Shown: positions 9,562 to 18,213 of the stretch, piece after piece
How positions within the stretch are numbered: the first letter of the stretch is position 1
How the letters are laid out: each line of letters opens with the position of its first letter
Assembly: GCA_043820285.1 (NCBI GenBank)
Contig: JBDRDX010000047.1
Location: forward strand, 1 to 56,233
Direction of reading: 5' to 3'
Length of the DNA: 56,233 nt
Origin: Patescibacteria group bacterium
GTDB lineage: Bacteria; Patescibacteriota; Gracilibacteria; UBA1369; JAHKBB01
The notes under the pieces: generated by a model
Told to the model about the DNA's origin: nothing
Seen by the model: the letters and a program-made list of their open reading frames with translations, nothing else
Database searches by the model: none
Program-made: the position numbers and the translations under genes

Positions 9562-10008
9562 TTATACTCTACGTTTCTTTTTCTTCCTGCATCCGTTGTG
9601 TGGGACAGGAGTGATGTCTGTTAATGATTCGATATTGAGCCCCGCCGAGTGAAGTCCTCTTACCGCCTGTTCTCTTCCCGACCCAACTCCTTGTACAAAT
9701 ATGTGCGCTCTTTCCATTCCATACGCTTTCGCCTTTCCTACAGCTGTTTCCGCCGTAACTTGAGCTGCATATGGAGTTGCCTTTCTGGTTCCTCTGAATC
9801 CGCATGATCCAGCGGAGGCCCAAGCTATAACTTCGCCATTTAGTTCTGTGATGGTAACCAATGTGTTGTTGTAAGTTGATTTGACGTACGCGTTTCCTTC
9901 GATAACGCTTCTTCTTTTGCTTTTGCTCTTTTTAACCTTCTTAGGCTTGGCTTCTTCTTCGACTTTTTCCTCAATCTTTTCTTCTTTTTTAGCTTCTTTG
10001 TCAGCCAT
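9562..10008 (-). CDS. rpsK: 30S ribosomal protein uS11 with charged N-terminal extension
   Basis: STYNNTLVTIT, GFRGTRKATPYAAQ, DITPVPHNGCR. Confidence 0.98.
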   Translation of the reverse strand: MADKEAKKEEKIEEKVEEEAKPKKVKKSKSKRRSVIEGNAYVKSTYNNTLVTITELNGEVIAWASAGSCGFRGTRKATPYAAQVTAETAVGKAKAYGMERAHIFVQGVGSGREQAVRGLHSAGLNIESLTDITPVPHNGCRKKKKRRV

Positions 10009-10027
10009 TTATTTGCTGATTATTTTT

Positions 10028-10063
10028 TCTTGATAGGGCACTACGCCTTTCGGCTCCGTGCTG
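10028..10063 (-). repeat. G.A-loop hairpin repeat (family I) just after the rpsM stop
   Basis: Minus strand CA-GCAC-GGA-GCC-GAAA-GGC-GTA-GTGC-CCTATCAAGA; compensatory GCAC/GTGC in place of consensus GCGC/GCGC. Confidence 0.8.
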
Positions 10064-10067
10064 CTGA

Positions 10068-10445
10068 TTATTTTTTAGGTGCGGCTTTCTTATTCGCAAT
10101 TGTTTTTTTCTTACCTTTTCTAGTTCTGGAGTTGTATCTTGTTCTCTGCCCGCGTGTTGGAAGACCCCTCCTGTGTCTAAATCCTCTGTATGAACCGATC
10201 TCCTGAAGTCTTTTAATATCCATTTGAACTTTTCTGCGAAGGTCTCCTTCCACCGGCATTTTCTCGATGTACTCGCGTAATTTCCCAACCTCTGTCTCTG
10301 TCAGATCTTTGATCTTTGTGTCCTTATTTAATCCAAGAGACCGGGTAATCTTCTCACTTGTGTTGCGGCCAATACCGTATATAGCAGTCAATGCCGCTTC
10401 CAGTCTCTTATCTTTTGGTAAGTTGATACCCGCTATTCTTGCCAT
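10068..10445 (-). CDS. rpsM: 30S ribosomal protein uS13
   Basis: [35 protein letters not shown]. Confidence 0.98.
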   Translation of the reverse strand: MARIAGINLPKDKRLEAALTAIYGIGRNTSEKITRSLGLNKDTKIKDLTETEVGKLREYIEKMPVEGDLRRKVQMDIKRLQEIGSYRGFRHRRGLPTRGQRTRYNSRTRKGKKKTIANKKAAPKK

Positions 10446-10450
10446 CTTAA

Positions 10451-10482
10451 GTTGTGAATTAATTTTTTCATTGTCCTCGCCT
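10451..10482 (-). repeat. 5' motif (family II) with mini-ORF (10433-10471) upstream of rpsM
   Basis: Minus strand AGGCGAGGACAATGAAAAAATTAATTCACAAC. Confidence 0.85.
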
Positions 10483-10495
10483 CTGGCTTTGGCGG

Positions 10496-10609
10496 TTAAC
10501 CTTGTCTTTGCTTATGTTTTTTAATTTTACAGATCACACGAATCACGCTTTTTCTGCGGATTACCTTACACTTGTCACAAATTTTCTTTACTGACGCTCT
10601 GACTTTCAT
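10496..10609 (-). CDS. rpmJ: 50S ribosomal protein bL36 (not in the ORF track)
   Basis: Manual translation [37 protein letters not shown]; ATGA overlap with infA. Confidence 0.97.
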   Translation of the reverse strand: MKVRASVKKICDKCKVIRRKSVIRVICKIKKHKQRQG

Positions 10610-10836
10610 TCTTTATGTCTGTAAATTATTCTGCCTTTTGTTAGATCGTATGGGGACAATTCAACAGTAACCTTATCTCCGGGTAATATTCTGATGTGAT
10701 TTATTCTCATCTTTCCTGAGATATGGGCTAGAATCTCGTGATCTTGATATGCTTCATCTAGCAGTTTTACTCTGAATGTTGTGTTAGGAAGGGTTTCCAA
10801 TACCTCTCCGAGAACTTCTATTACTTCCTTGGCCAT
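10606..10836 (-). CDS. infA: translation initiation factor IF-1
   Basis: [43 protein letters not shown]. Confidence 0.98.
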   Translation of the reverse strand: MAKEVIEVLGEVLETLPNTTFRVKLLDEAYQDHEILAHISGKMRINHIRILPGDKVTVELSPYDLTKGRIIYRHKE

Positions 10837-10869
10837 ATGTAGTAAAAATTACTTACAAAAAGCGGTAGG

Positions 10870-10898
10870 ATTCTACCCAAAATGCCTAGCCTCGGCAA
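10870..10898 (-). promoter_or_regulatory. putative sigma70 promoter for the infA/alpha cluster
   Basis: Minus strand TTGCCG-17nt-TAGAAT. Confidence 0.55.
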
Positions 10899-10982
10899 GG
10901 CATTTTCTCCATATTTACAGGAAAAGGAGGTATTTCGCTTAATTTTGTGTTGCAGAGAGTTCGGAAATATGGTGTGAATATA

Positions 10983-11729
10983 TTATTTAGTCAGAACTTC
11001 ACATCCATTCGGCGTTATTGCAACAGTATGTTCCACTTGAACTGCTACAGATCTGTCTCTGGTCACTATTGTCCACTTGTCATCCAGGGTTTCTATTTCA
11101 CCTTCACCCATCGCCATAATAGGTTCGATTGCAAAAGTCGTACCCACTTCCAGGATCGGGCCTTTATATGGGGTTTTGAAGTTGGGTACTTCCGGATCCT
11201 CGTGAAGAGTTTTGCCCACTCCATGCCCAATCAGGTCTTTTACTATGGAATATCCTGCGCCTTCCACGATTTCTTGGATTACTGTGCCTATTTCAACCAC
11301 ATGTATGCCTGGGCGGACTGTATCTATTGCTTTTTGAAGTGCTTTTTCGCAGGTTTCTATGAATTTGCTAATCCGGGGAGCAACATTTCCCACTTTTACG
11401 GTGATTGCCGAATCCGTTATTAAGCCTTTGCTTCGAACTCCCGCATCTATACTGATAATGTCTCCTTCCCGGAGAATCCTGTTTCCCGGAACGGAGTGTA
11501 CAACTTCTTCATTTACCGAGGTGCATATTGCGGCCGGATATCCTTGATATCCTTTGAAAGCCGCTTCAACTCCATATTTTTTGAATAATTTTTGAGCATA
11601 TTCTTCCAATTCGTATGTTTTTATTCCCGGAGTGATCTTTTCTTTCAATGAGTGCAAAATATCATGCAAAATCTTGCCGCCTTCTTTCATGATGGCTATT
11701 TCTTCCTCTGTTTTAAGGATGATACTCAT
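10983..11729 (-). CDS. map: methionine aminopeptidase type I
   Basis: CTSVNEEVVH, DAGV...TDSA, GHGVG..LHEDP, AIEP, QVEHTV. Confidence 0.97.
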   Translation of the reverse strand: MSIILKTEEEIAIMKEGGKILHDILHSLKEKITPGIKTYELEEYAQKLFKKYGVEAAFKGYQGYPAAICTSVNEEVVHSVPGNRILREGDIISIDAGVRSKGLITDSAITVKVGNVAPRISKFIETCEKALQKAIDTVRPGIHVVEIGTVIQEIVEGAGYSIVKDLIGHGVGKTLHEDPEVPNFKTPYKGPILEVGTTFAIEPIMAMGEGEIETLDDKWTIVTRDRSVAVQVEHTVAITPNGCEVLTK

Positions 11730-12358
11730 AGTCTCTCATCTAGGAATGTGAATACTTCTTCAGTGACTTTCTCGATTGGCTGTTCTCCGTTTACTTCAAT
11801 CATTTTTCCTTCTTCTTTGTATTTTTCGATTACCGGAACTGTTTCTGATGCATATGCCCGAAGTCTGGTCTTGATGCTTTCCGGATTGTCGTCTGTTCTC
11901 GTGATCAGTTTTCCTCCGCATTCGCAAGTGTCACTTCCATATGAGGCCGGGTACACGGTTTTGCATGTTTTGCAAAGCCTTCTTGTTGTGAGTCTTCGGA
12001 GAGCTTCTTCTTCTGAGATTTGGATTAATATTCCCGCAAATGGGCGTTCCAGGCGGTTTAGCAGTGCATCTAACGATTCTTTCTGTTCTATTTTTCTTGG
12101 AATTCCGTCGAAAAGTACGTTTTTCCCGGGTTCTATTTTGTTGGTGAAGTTTTCTACAATTTCCATTACGACGTCATTTGGAACTAGATTTCCCGCTTCA
12201 ATTATTTCTTTTACTTTTCTTCCAAGTTCAGAGTCTTCTCGTGAGAGTTTTCGGAGTTCCGCTCCGGTTTCGAATACTTCAAAGCCATATTTTTCTGCAA
12301 TGAATATTCCTTGCGTTCCTTTTCCGGAACCTTGGATGCCGAATAGTATTAGGTCCAT
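11726..12358 (-). CDS. adk: adenylate kinase (Zn-LID type)
   Basis: GIQGSGKGTQ P-loop, DGIPR, CKTC...CEC LID, RTDD. Confidence 0.96.
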   Translation of the reverse strand: MDLILFGIQGSGKGTQGIFIAEKYGFEVFETGAELRKLSREDSELGRKVKEIIEAGNLVPNDVVMEIVENFTNKIEPGKNVLFDGIPRKIEQKESLDALLNRLERPFAGILIQISEEEALRRLTTRRLCKTCKTVYPASYGSDTCECGGKLITRTDDNPESIKTRLRAYASETVPVIEKYKEEGKMIEVNGEQPIEKVTEEVFTFLDERL

Positions 12359-12413
12359 GGCGAATCGAGTTTATGAAATGTTCAACAGGAATTGTATTTG
12401 TAAAAAAATCATA

Positions 12414-13712
12414 TTAGTAGAACTTGCTGTAATCGTGCATCACAAGTTGAGCGTTTATTTGTCGCATGAGTTCCAGTACAACTCCGACAACGATGATCAT
12501 TCCGGCACCGCTTACGAGTAAGGGAACACTGCCTCCTTGAGTTCCTTGGAATGCGATACTTAGAAGAATTGGGGCGATTGCAACAAATGCCAGGAATGTG
12601 CCTCCAAAGAAATTCAGTCTGCTTGAAATGTGTCCAAGATATTCGGAAGTTTGTTTTCCCGGCCTGATTCCCGGAATGTATCCGCCTCTCTTTTGGATAT
12701 TGTCAGCTACCTGCTCCGGATTGAATGTGATCGAAACATAGAAGTATGTGAATCCAAAGATGAGTAGGAAGTATGTAAGTAGGTATAGCGGGCTGTATAT
12801 TTGGAATTGAGTTGTCAGGAAGTCTGCTATTGCTCTTGCCCATTTTGATGTTGCGTTTGCCATAAATTGTCCGGCGATTGATGGGAATGAAACGATAGAA
12901 ACGGCGAAGATAATTGGGATCATTCCCGCTTGGTTTATCCTCATTGGCAAAACTGACTGTTCGCTTCGCGCCTTCATTCCACGTCCGGCATATGTGATCG
13001 GGATTCGTCTGTTTCCTTCGGTTACAAGTACGATGAATACGGTCAATAGAACCGTAACAAGAAGCATTACTACGAATGGAATGATTTTCTCTACGTTTTG
13101 CTGTGCGAGGAATAAGCTTTGTCCGATAACTGTTGGGACTGCTGATACGATGCTCGCAAAGATCAAAAGCGAGATACCATTTCCAATTCCTTTTTCTGTG
13201 ATCAATTCGCCCAGCCACACCAAGAATATTGTACCTGTGGTAATTGTTAGCATGACCGGAAGAATCACAAGCGGATCCTGGATGTTTTCGAGAATTGGAA
13301 TTTGTGATTGTGATGAAAGAAGTACGATCATTCCGTATGATTGGATAAACGCGAGTGGCATTGTGAGCCAACGTGTGTATTTGTTGATTTGTCTTTTTCC
13401 TTGCTCACCTTCCTTTGAGAGACTTTCGAGTTTTGGAACTATCACTGTAAGAAGCTGCATGATGATCGATGCGTTGATGTATGGGGAAATACCCATGAGT
13501 ACGATCGAAAAATTATCTGCACTTCCACCCGTGAGTAGCGCAAATGCTCCAAGGATCTGGTTTTGATTGAAAATTGCTTTAAGTGCCTCGAGGTTTGCTC
13601 CCGGGATGCTGATTTGCACACAAATTCTGTAGATCAAAATAATTCCCAATGTGAATAGGATCTTTTTCCTTAGATCTTTTGAATTCCAAATTTGGAGTAA
13701 GTATTTGAACAT
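12414..13712 (-). CDS. secY: preprotein translocase subunit SecY
   Basis: MGISPYINASIIMQLL, GIGNGISLLIF, AGMIPIIFA, GGYIPGIRPG. Confidence 0.98.
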   Translation of the reverse strand: MFKYLLQIWNSKDLRKKILFTLGIILIYRICVQISIPGANLEALKAIFNQNQILGAFALLTGGSADNFSIVLMGISPYINASIIMQLLTVIVPKLESLSKEGEQGKRQINKYTRWLTMPLAFIQSYGMIVLLSSQSQIPILENIQDPLVILPVMLTITTGTIFLVWLGELITEKGIGNGISLLIFASIVSAVPTVIGQSLFLAQQNVEKIIPFVVMLLVTVLLTVFIVLVTEGNRRIPITYAGRGMKARSEQSVLPMRINQAGMIPIIFAVSIVSFPSIAGQFMANATSKWARAIADFLTTQFQIYSPLYLLTYFLLIFGFTYFYVSITFNPEQVADNIQKRGGYIPGIRPGKQTSEYLGHISSRLNFFGGTFLAFVAIAPILLSIAFQGTQGGSVPLLVSGAGMIIVVGVVLELMRQINAQLVMHDYSKFY

Positions 13713-14197
13713 TATTCTGTTTTATCTTCTACTTTTTCCTTTTTTTTTGCAACTTCCACTTCTGCTTCGCTAACTTTACCTTTGGCTTTTTCAATTTTTT
13801 CTTTTGCGCTGCGGGAAACTTTGTCTACTTTTACTTCTAGTTTCTTTGTTAGTTCTCCGTTGCCAAGCACTTTTACCGGCGTATTCTTTTTTCTTATAAT
13901 TTTCTTTTCGTATAGTGAAATAACATCAACAGTAGCTCCGGCATCAAAAACTTCTAGATCGCTTACATTAACAACCTGGAAGGTTACTCTGTTTGGATTC
14001 TTGAAACCCCTAAGTTTCGGCATTTTCATGTGAAGTGGTGTTTGTCCACCTTCAAATCCCGGTCTTCTCTTTCCTCCCGATCTTGATGATTGGCCGTTCA
14101 TTCCTCTTCCGGAGTATGTTCCAGCGCCTGAGGCGTTACCTCTTCCGACCCTTTTCTTGGTCTTTTTTACGTTACTTCTTAGGTTTAGTAGATTCAT
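13712..14197 (-). CDS. rplO: 50S ribosomal protein uL15
   Basis: KRVGRG..SG.G...GRG..GQ.SRSG, GFEGGQTPL, VKVLGNGEL. Confidence 0.98.
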   Translation of the reverse strand: MNLLNLRSNVKKTKKRVGRGNASGAGTYSGRGMNGQSSRSGGKRRPGFEGGQTPLHMKMPKLRGFKNPNRVTFQVVNVSDLEVFDAGATVDVISLYEKKIIRKKNTPVKVLGNGELTKKLEVKVDKVSRSAKEKIEKAKGKVSEAEVEVAKKKEKVEDKTE

Positions 14198-14868
14198 TTC
14201 TTTTCGTTAGGCGCTTCGCTTCGCTCCGCGCTGGTCTTGACGGGAGTGCTTTGCTTCCCGTCGCTAGGGCGCTTCGCCTTCGGCTCCGCGCTGGTCTTGG
14301 CAGAAGCGCTATCGCTTTCTGCCGCTTTTGGCGCTTCGCTTCGCTCCGCGCTGTCCACTTTTTTCTTCGCCTTTTTCTTGAGCATCAACGGAGTTTCTTG
14401 CATTTGCATAAGCGCTTCATATGTGGCGTATGTGTTTCCGAGTTTGTTTGAGGTTCCAACCGACTTGCTCAAAATATTTTTAACTCCCGCCAGATCTAAA
14501 ATCTTTCTCACGGTTCCTCCAGCGATAAGACCTGTACCCGGTCCTGCCGGAAGAAGGATAAGTCTTGTACTCTTGTGTTTGATTTTCATCTCGTGTGGAA
14601 TTGTTCCTTCGTCCAAAATTACCTTTACGACGGTTTTCTTGGCTTGTGAAATGGCTTTTTGAATCGCGCCTGTAACCTCTGTGGATTTTCCAACACCGAT
14701 TCCGATCTTTCCTTTTCTATCACCAATTACAACGGTTGCTCTGAACCTTAGTCTTCGTCCACCTTTAACCACACGTGTTACACGTCTGATTTCTATGACT
14801 TCTTCGTCATATTCTTTTACCTCCTTTGGCACGTTTGATCTCTTTTGAAATGGTTTCTTTCCCATCAT
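14194..14868 (-). CDS. rpsE: 30S ribosomal protein uS5 with repeat-derived C-terminal extension
   Basis: RRVTRVVKGGRR.RF, PAGPGTGLIAGG; the tail SAERSEAP...SAERSEAP is encoded by hairpin repeats. Confidence 0.97.
   Translation of the reverse strand: MMGKKPFQKRSNVPKEVKEYDEEVIEIRRVTRVVKGGRRLRFRATVVIGDRKGKIGIGVGKSTEVTGAIQKAISQAKKTVVKVILDEGTIPHEMKIKHKSTRLILLPAGPGTGLIAGGTVRKILDLAGVKNILSKSVGTSNKLGNTYATYEALMQMQETPLMLKKKAKKKVDSAERSEAPKAAESDSASAKTSAEPKAKRPSDGKQSTPVKTSAERSEAPNEKK
14208..14353 (-). repeat. family I composite hairpin repeat (S-L-S-L-S) inside the rpsE coding sequence
   Basis: Three GCGC-GRA..GRA-GCGC units and two long hairpins (GGCAGAA/TTCTGCC and GACGGGA/TCCCGTC), read in frame. Confidence 0.9.
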
Positions 14869-14883
14869 TGTGTTAATTGGTTG

Positions 14884-15231
14884 TTAGAATTTCAATCCTC
14901 CCTCACGCGCACCTTCCGCGATTGCTCTGACGCGACCGTGATATTTGTATCCGCTTCTGTCGAATACACAAGTTCTGATTTTTTCTTTCTTTGCTTCTTC
15001 TGCGAGCTTTACTCCAACGCGCTTTGCCGAATCCAAGTTTCCGCCCTTTTCCTCTTTTATATCTGATACAGCTACTAATGTTTTCCCGGTTTCGTCGTCG
15101 ATAAGTTTTGCATAGTTTGCTTTCAAAGTTCTCTGTACGCATAGTCTTGGACGTACCGCTGTGCCGGAAATTTTAGCTCTAACGCGCCTTTTCCTATTAT
15201 CTCGTCCTAATTGTTTCTTATTTATTGTCAT
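14884..15231 (-). CDS. rplR: 50S ribosomal protein uL18
   Basis: RVRAKISGT..RPRL, VFDRSGYKYHGRV.A.AEGAREGGLKF. Confidence 0.98.
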   Translation of the reverse strand: MTINKKQLGRDNRKRRVRAKISGTAVRPRLCVQRTLKANYAKLIDDETGKTLVAVSDIKEEKGGNLDSAKRVGVKLAEEAKKEKIRTCVFDRSGYKYHGRVRAIAEGAREGGLKF

Positions 15232-15242
15232 AATTTTAATTA

Positions 15243-15803
15243 TTATCCTTCGCTACTGCTTGCAGCTGTTTTACCGGCTTTTCTTGCCACATATTCGCCT
15301 ACGTAGCGTATACCTTTTCCTTTGTATGGCTCCGGTGGTCTGTATGATCTTATTTTTGCCGCTACCTCTCCAACTGTTTGTTTGTTGATTCCGATTACTG
15401 TAAAGATATTTTTCTTATCTTTGCTTTGCTCTATCGTGATTCCTTCCGGAGCAGTATATTCGATAGGGTGTGAGAATCCCAGGTTTAGTGTAACTTTTCG
15501 TCCTGATGCATTTGCTTTGTATCCAACTCCTTGTATTTCAAGTTTCTTTTCGAATTCTTTTTCTACGCCTTGTGCCATGTTTGCGATAAGTGTTCTTGAG
15601 AGACCGTGTAAACTTTTGTCTTCTTTCGAATCGGATTGTCTCTCTGTCAGGATCTTTCCGTCTGCAATCGTAACTTTAATCTTTGGGTGAATCTTTGTTT
15701 TCAATTCACCTTTTGGTCCTTTTACAACTACCTCGTTATCTCCGCGTAGTTCTGCGGTTATTCCTGCTTTCAACTCGATTGGTAATTTGCCGATTCGTGA
15801 CAT
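15243..15803 (-). CDS. rplF: 50S ribosomal protein uL6
   Basis: MSRIGKLPI, VKGPKGEL, LGFSHP, RPPEPYKGKGIRY. Confidence 0.98.
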   Translation of the reverse strand: MSRIGKLPIELKAGITAELRGDNEVVVKGPKGELKTKIHPKIKVTIADGKILTERQSDSKEDKSLHGLSRTLIANMAQGVEKEFEKKLEIQGVGYKANASGRKVTLNLGFSHPIEYTAPEGITIEQSKDKKNIFTVIGINKQTVGEVAAKIRSYRPPEPYKGKGIRYVGEYVARKAGKTAASSSEG

Positions 15804-15812
15804 AATGGTTTG

Positions 15813-16196
15813 TTAGTACACTTCACAGATTAGTTCTCCTCCCAAATTTTGTTTCCTTGCTTCTTCTCCGGTCATAATCCCTTTAGGTGTGGACAGAATG
15901 TTTAGTCCAAGTCCGCTTCTTATACTTTTAAGCTCTTTTCTTTTAATGTAAATTCTTTGTCCTGTCTTACTAATTCTCTTCAAGTGGATACTTTTTTTAC
16001 CTTTTTTCAGATCTATCACAAGCTCATCAAACTTTCCGCTTTTTGCCTTTTGATAACTTTCGATGAATCCATTGTTTTTCAGCACAACCAAAATATTTTC
16101 TTTAATCTTAGAGTAGGGAACTCGTGTAAAGTCATGTCCCGCGCTCGTTGCGTTTCTGATTCTTGTTAATAAGTCTGCGATTGGGTCTGTATTCAT
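15813..16196 (-). CDS. rpsH: 30S ribosomal protein uS8
   Basis: DPIADLLTRIRNA, GLGLNILSTPKGIMT, GGELICEVY. Confidence 0.98.
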   Translation of the reverse strand: MNTDPIADLLTRIRNATSAGHDFTRVPYSKIKENILVVLKNNGFIESYQKAKSGKFDELVIDLKKGKKSIHLKRISKTGQRIYIKRKELKSIRSGLGLNILSTPKGIMTGEEARKQNLGGELICEVY

Positions 16197-16223
16197 TTTT
16201 TAGGTTCTTAGTTGTGATTAGTG

Positions 16224-16285
16224 TTGGCGCTCCGCTTCGCTTCGCGCTAGGTGCTCAGGTTGGCGCTCCGCTTCGCTTCGCGCTA
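16224..16285 (-). repeat. two family I S-units starting at the rpsN stop codon
   Basis: TAGCGCGAAGCGAAGCGGAGCGCCAA twice (16260-16285 and 16224-16249), separated by 10 nt. Confidence 0.9.
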
Positions 16286-16507
16286 CCAAGATGATTTTGT
16301 AACTCCCATAATCTTTCCGTTGCTTGCCAGCTCCCTAAAACATATTCTGCACATATCAAATTTCCTCATATATCCTTTATTTCTTCCGCACAGTTTGCAT
16401 CTGTTGTATACACGCGTTGGATGCTTTGGCTTCTTTCCGGCAGCCAATGCTTTTAGCTTATCCTTCTTTCTCTTCTCGGTTTTTACGATTAGGGCGGTTC
16501 TTGCCAT
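16283..16507 (-). CDS. rpsN: 30S ribosomal protein uS14 (Zn-binding type)
   Basis: [12 protein letters not shown]...[22 protein letters not shown]. Confidence 0.97.
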   Translation of the reverse strand: MARTALIVKTEKRKKDKLKALAAGKKPKHPTRVYNRCKLCGRNKGYMRKFDMCRICFRELASNGKIMGVTKSSW

Positions 16508-16512
16508 GGTTA

Positions 16513-16578
16513 GTTGTGGATTAATTTTTTCATTGTTCTCGCCTTCGGCTGCGGATTATTCAAAAATTAATCCACAAC
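16513..16578 (-). repeat. full-length family II element: 17-bp perfect inverted repeat with mini-ORF (16510-16533)
   Basis: GTTGTGGATTAATTTTT ... AAAAATTAATCCACAAC with a GCCGAAGGC apex on the minus strand. Confidence 0.85.
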
Positions 16579-16590
16579 CTTGGGTCTTTT

Positions 16591-17142
16591 TCATGTTTTT
16601 TTAAATGGGAATCCAAGTGCGCTCAATAACGCTCTTCCTTCTTCATCATTCTTTGCTGTTGTTGATACCGTTATTTGTAATCCGTGAATTTTTTCCATGT
16701 CATCCGGATTTATTTCCAGGAATACGACGTGTTCTTTTATTCCAACTGTGTAATTTCCTTGTCCGTCGAACGATTTCGGTGAAATTCCCCTAAAGTCTCT
16801 TACTCTTGGGAATACCACGTTTACCAATTTATTTATAAAATCGTACATTCTCTTTCCCCTTAACGTAACTGTTACTCCAACTCCCAATCCTTCACGGATT
16901 TTGAAGTTCGAAATAGCTTTCTTTGCTTTTGTTGTCACCGGTCTTTGGCCTGTGATTGCGGCGATGTTCTCGAGAATTTGACTGTTGTCCTTGCCTCCTT
17001 GCAAGATACTTCCGGTACCAACGTTTATTTGTACTTTTTCGATTTTTGGTACGGCCATGATGTTCTTCAGACCTAGCTCCTCTTTTAGTTTTGGAGCGAT
17101 TTCTTTGTAGAATCTGGTTTTTAAGTCTTTTGGTTCAGCCAT
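16591..17142 (-). CDS. rplE: 50S ribosomal protein uL5
   Basis: VPKIEKV, ITGQRP..TKAKKAISNFKIREG, PRVRDFRG. Confidence 0.98.
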   Translation of the reverse strand: MAEPKDLKTRFYKEIAPKLKEELGLKNIMAVPKIEKVQINVGTGSILQGGKDNSQILENIAAITGQRPVTTKAKKAISNFKIREGLGVGVTVTLRGKRMYDFINKLVNVVFPRVRDFRGISPKSFDGQGNYTVGIKEHVVFLEINPDDMEKIHGLQITVSTTAKNDEEGRALLSALGFPFKKT

Positions 17143-17159
17143 TGTTATTTCTTAGTTTT

Positions 17160-17218
17160 TCTTGACGGGAGCGCTTTGCTTCCCGTCGCTAGGGCGCTAC
17201 GCCTTCGGCTTCGCGCTG
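17160..17218 (-). repeat. family I S+L repeat supplying the rplX C-terminus and stop
   Basis: Minus strand CAGCGCGAAGCCGAAGGCGTAGCGCCCTAGCGACGGGAAGCAAAGCGCTCCCGTCAAGA. Confidence 0.9.
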
Positions 17219-17523
17219 TCTAATGATTGGTTGCAATGCTTGCAAACTCTCTGTTTTTTCTTATTTTCTAAAATAATGTACCCAACTCTGGTTGGTTTAC
17301 CACAGCTTGGGCAGATCACCATTGCGTTTGAAGCATCTATTGGAACTTCAAATTTGATAATTTCTCCCGGTCTGGTTTGCGTTTTTTTAATGTGCTTAGT
17401 GCGAATATTTACTTTTTCAACGGTAATCTTGTTCTGTTTTACCAGAACTCTCATTACTTTCCCTTTTTTTCCTTTGTCCTTTCCCGCTTGGACCAGGACA
17501 TTGTCGTCTTCTTTAATTTTCAT
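17197..17523 (-). CDS. rplX: 50S ribosomal protein uL24
   Basis: V.VQAGKDKGKKGKV KOW motif, EVPIDASN, PTRVGY. Confidence 0.97.
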   Translation of the reverse strand: MKIKEDDNVLVQAGKDKGKKGKVMRVLVKQNKITVEKVNIRTKHIKKTQTRPGEIIKFEVPIDASNAMVICPSCGKPTRVGYIILENKKKQRVCKHCNQSLDSAKPKA

Positions 17524-17525
17524 GT

Positions 17526-17894
17526 TTATAGTACGTCAGGCGCTTGTGAAATGATTTTTTGATAACCTTTGTCTCTGAGCTCTCTTCCCACCGGTCCAAA
17601 TACACGTGTTCCTTTTGGCAGTCCATCTTTGTTGATGATTACAACTGCGTTTTCATCGAATTTTATATATGAACCATCTTTACGTCTAGTGTTATTTCTG
17701 CATCTTACGACAACAGCTCTTTCTACGGCCTTTTTCTTAACAATCCCTTTTGGACTGGCCTTCTTTACCGCAACTACGATGATGTCGCCAAGTCCCGCAT
17801 ATTTTCTTTTGCTGCCGCCAAGTACTTTGATGCATTGTACTTCTTTTGCTCCTGTGTTATCCGCTACTTTTAGTCTTGATTCTGTTTGTATCAT
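17526..17894 (-). CDS. rplN: 50S ribosomal protein uL14
   Basis: [30 protein letters not shown]. Confidence 0.98.
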   Translation of the reverse strand: MIQTESRLKVADNTGAKEVQCIKVLGGSKRKYAGLGDIIVVAVKKASPKGIVKKKAVERAVVVRCRNNTRRKDGSYIKFDENAVVIINKDGLPKGTRVFGPVGRELRDKGYQKIISQAPDVL

Positions 17895-17899
17895 TTTAG

Positions 17900-17932
17900 G
17901 TTGTGAATTAGTTTCTCATTTGGTCCTCACCT
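17900..17932 (-). repeat. degenerate family II 5' motif upstream of rplN
   Basis: Minus strand AGGTGAGGACCAAATGAGAAACTAATTCACAAC; mini-ORF reduced to MRN*. Confidence 0.65.
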
Positions 17933-17942
17933 TTTTTTTTGG

Positions 17943-18001
17943 TCTTGACGGGAGCGCTTTGCTTCCCGTCGCTAGGGCGCTACGCCTTCGGCTCCGCGCT
18001 G
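17943..18001 (-). repeat. family I S+L repeat supplying the rpsQ C-terminus and stop
   Basis: Near-identical (1 substitution) to 17160-17218; encodes SAEPKA*. Confidence 0.9.
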
Positions 18002-18213
18002 ACAGTCCATCTCTTTTTCTTGCTAAGTGGTCTGGATTCGTAAATCGTCACTTCATCTCCCTCTTTGTACTTACTTGCCGGATCATCTGCCATATATTTC
18101 TTTGTGGATCTGTATCTTTTCTTATACTTAGGATGAGATTTGTATGTGTGAACTTCGACTACTATAGTCTTTTCCATTTTATTACTTACAACTTGTCCTT
18201 TTTTAGTTCTCAT
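17980..18213 (-). CDS. rpsQ: 30S ribosomal protein uS17
   Basis: GQVVSNKMEKTIVV, HPKYKK, ESRPLSKKKRW. Confidence 0.97.
   Translation of the reverse strand: MRTKKGQVVSNKMEKTIVVEVHTYKSHPKYKKRYRSTKKYMADDPASKYKEGDEVTIYESRPLSKKKRWTVSAEPKA

Noticed and set aside
12959-12976. GCGCGAAGCGAA within secY resembling a family I unit
   Set aside because: Only a partial match without the closing arm; compatible with chance coding sequence
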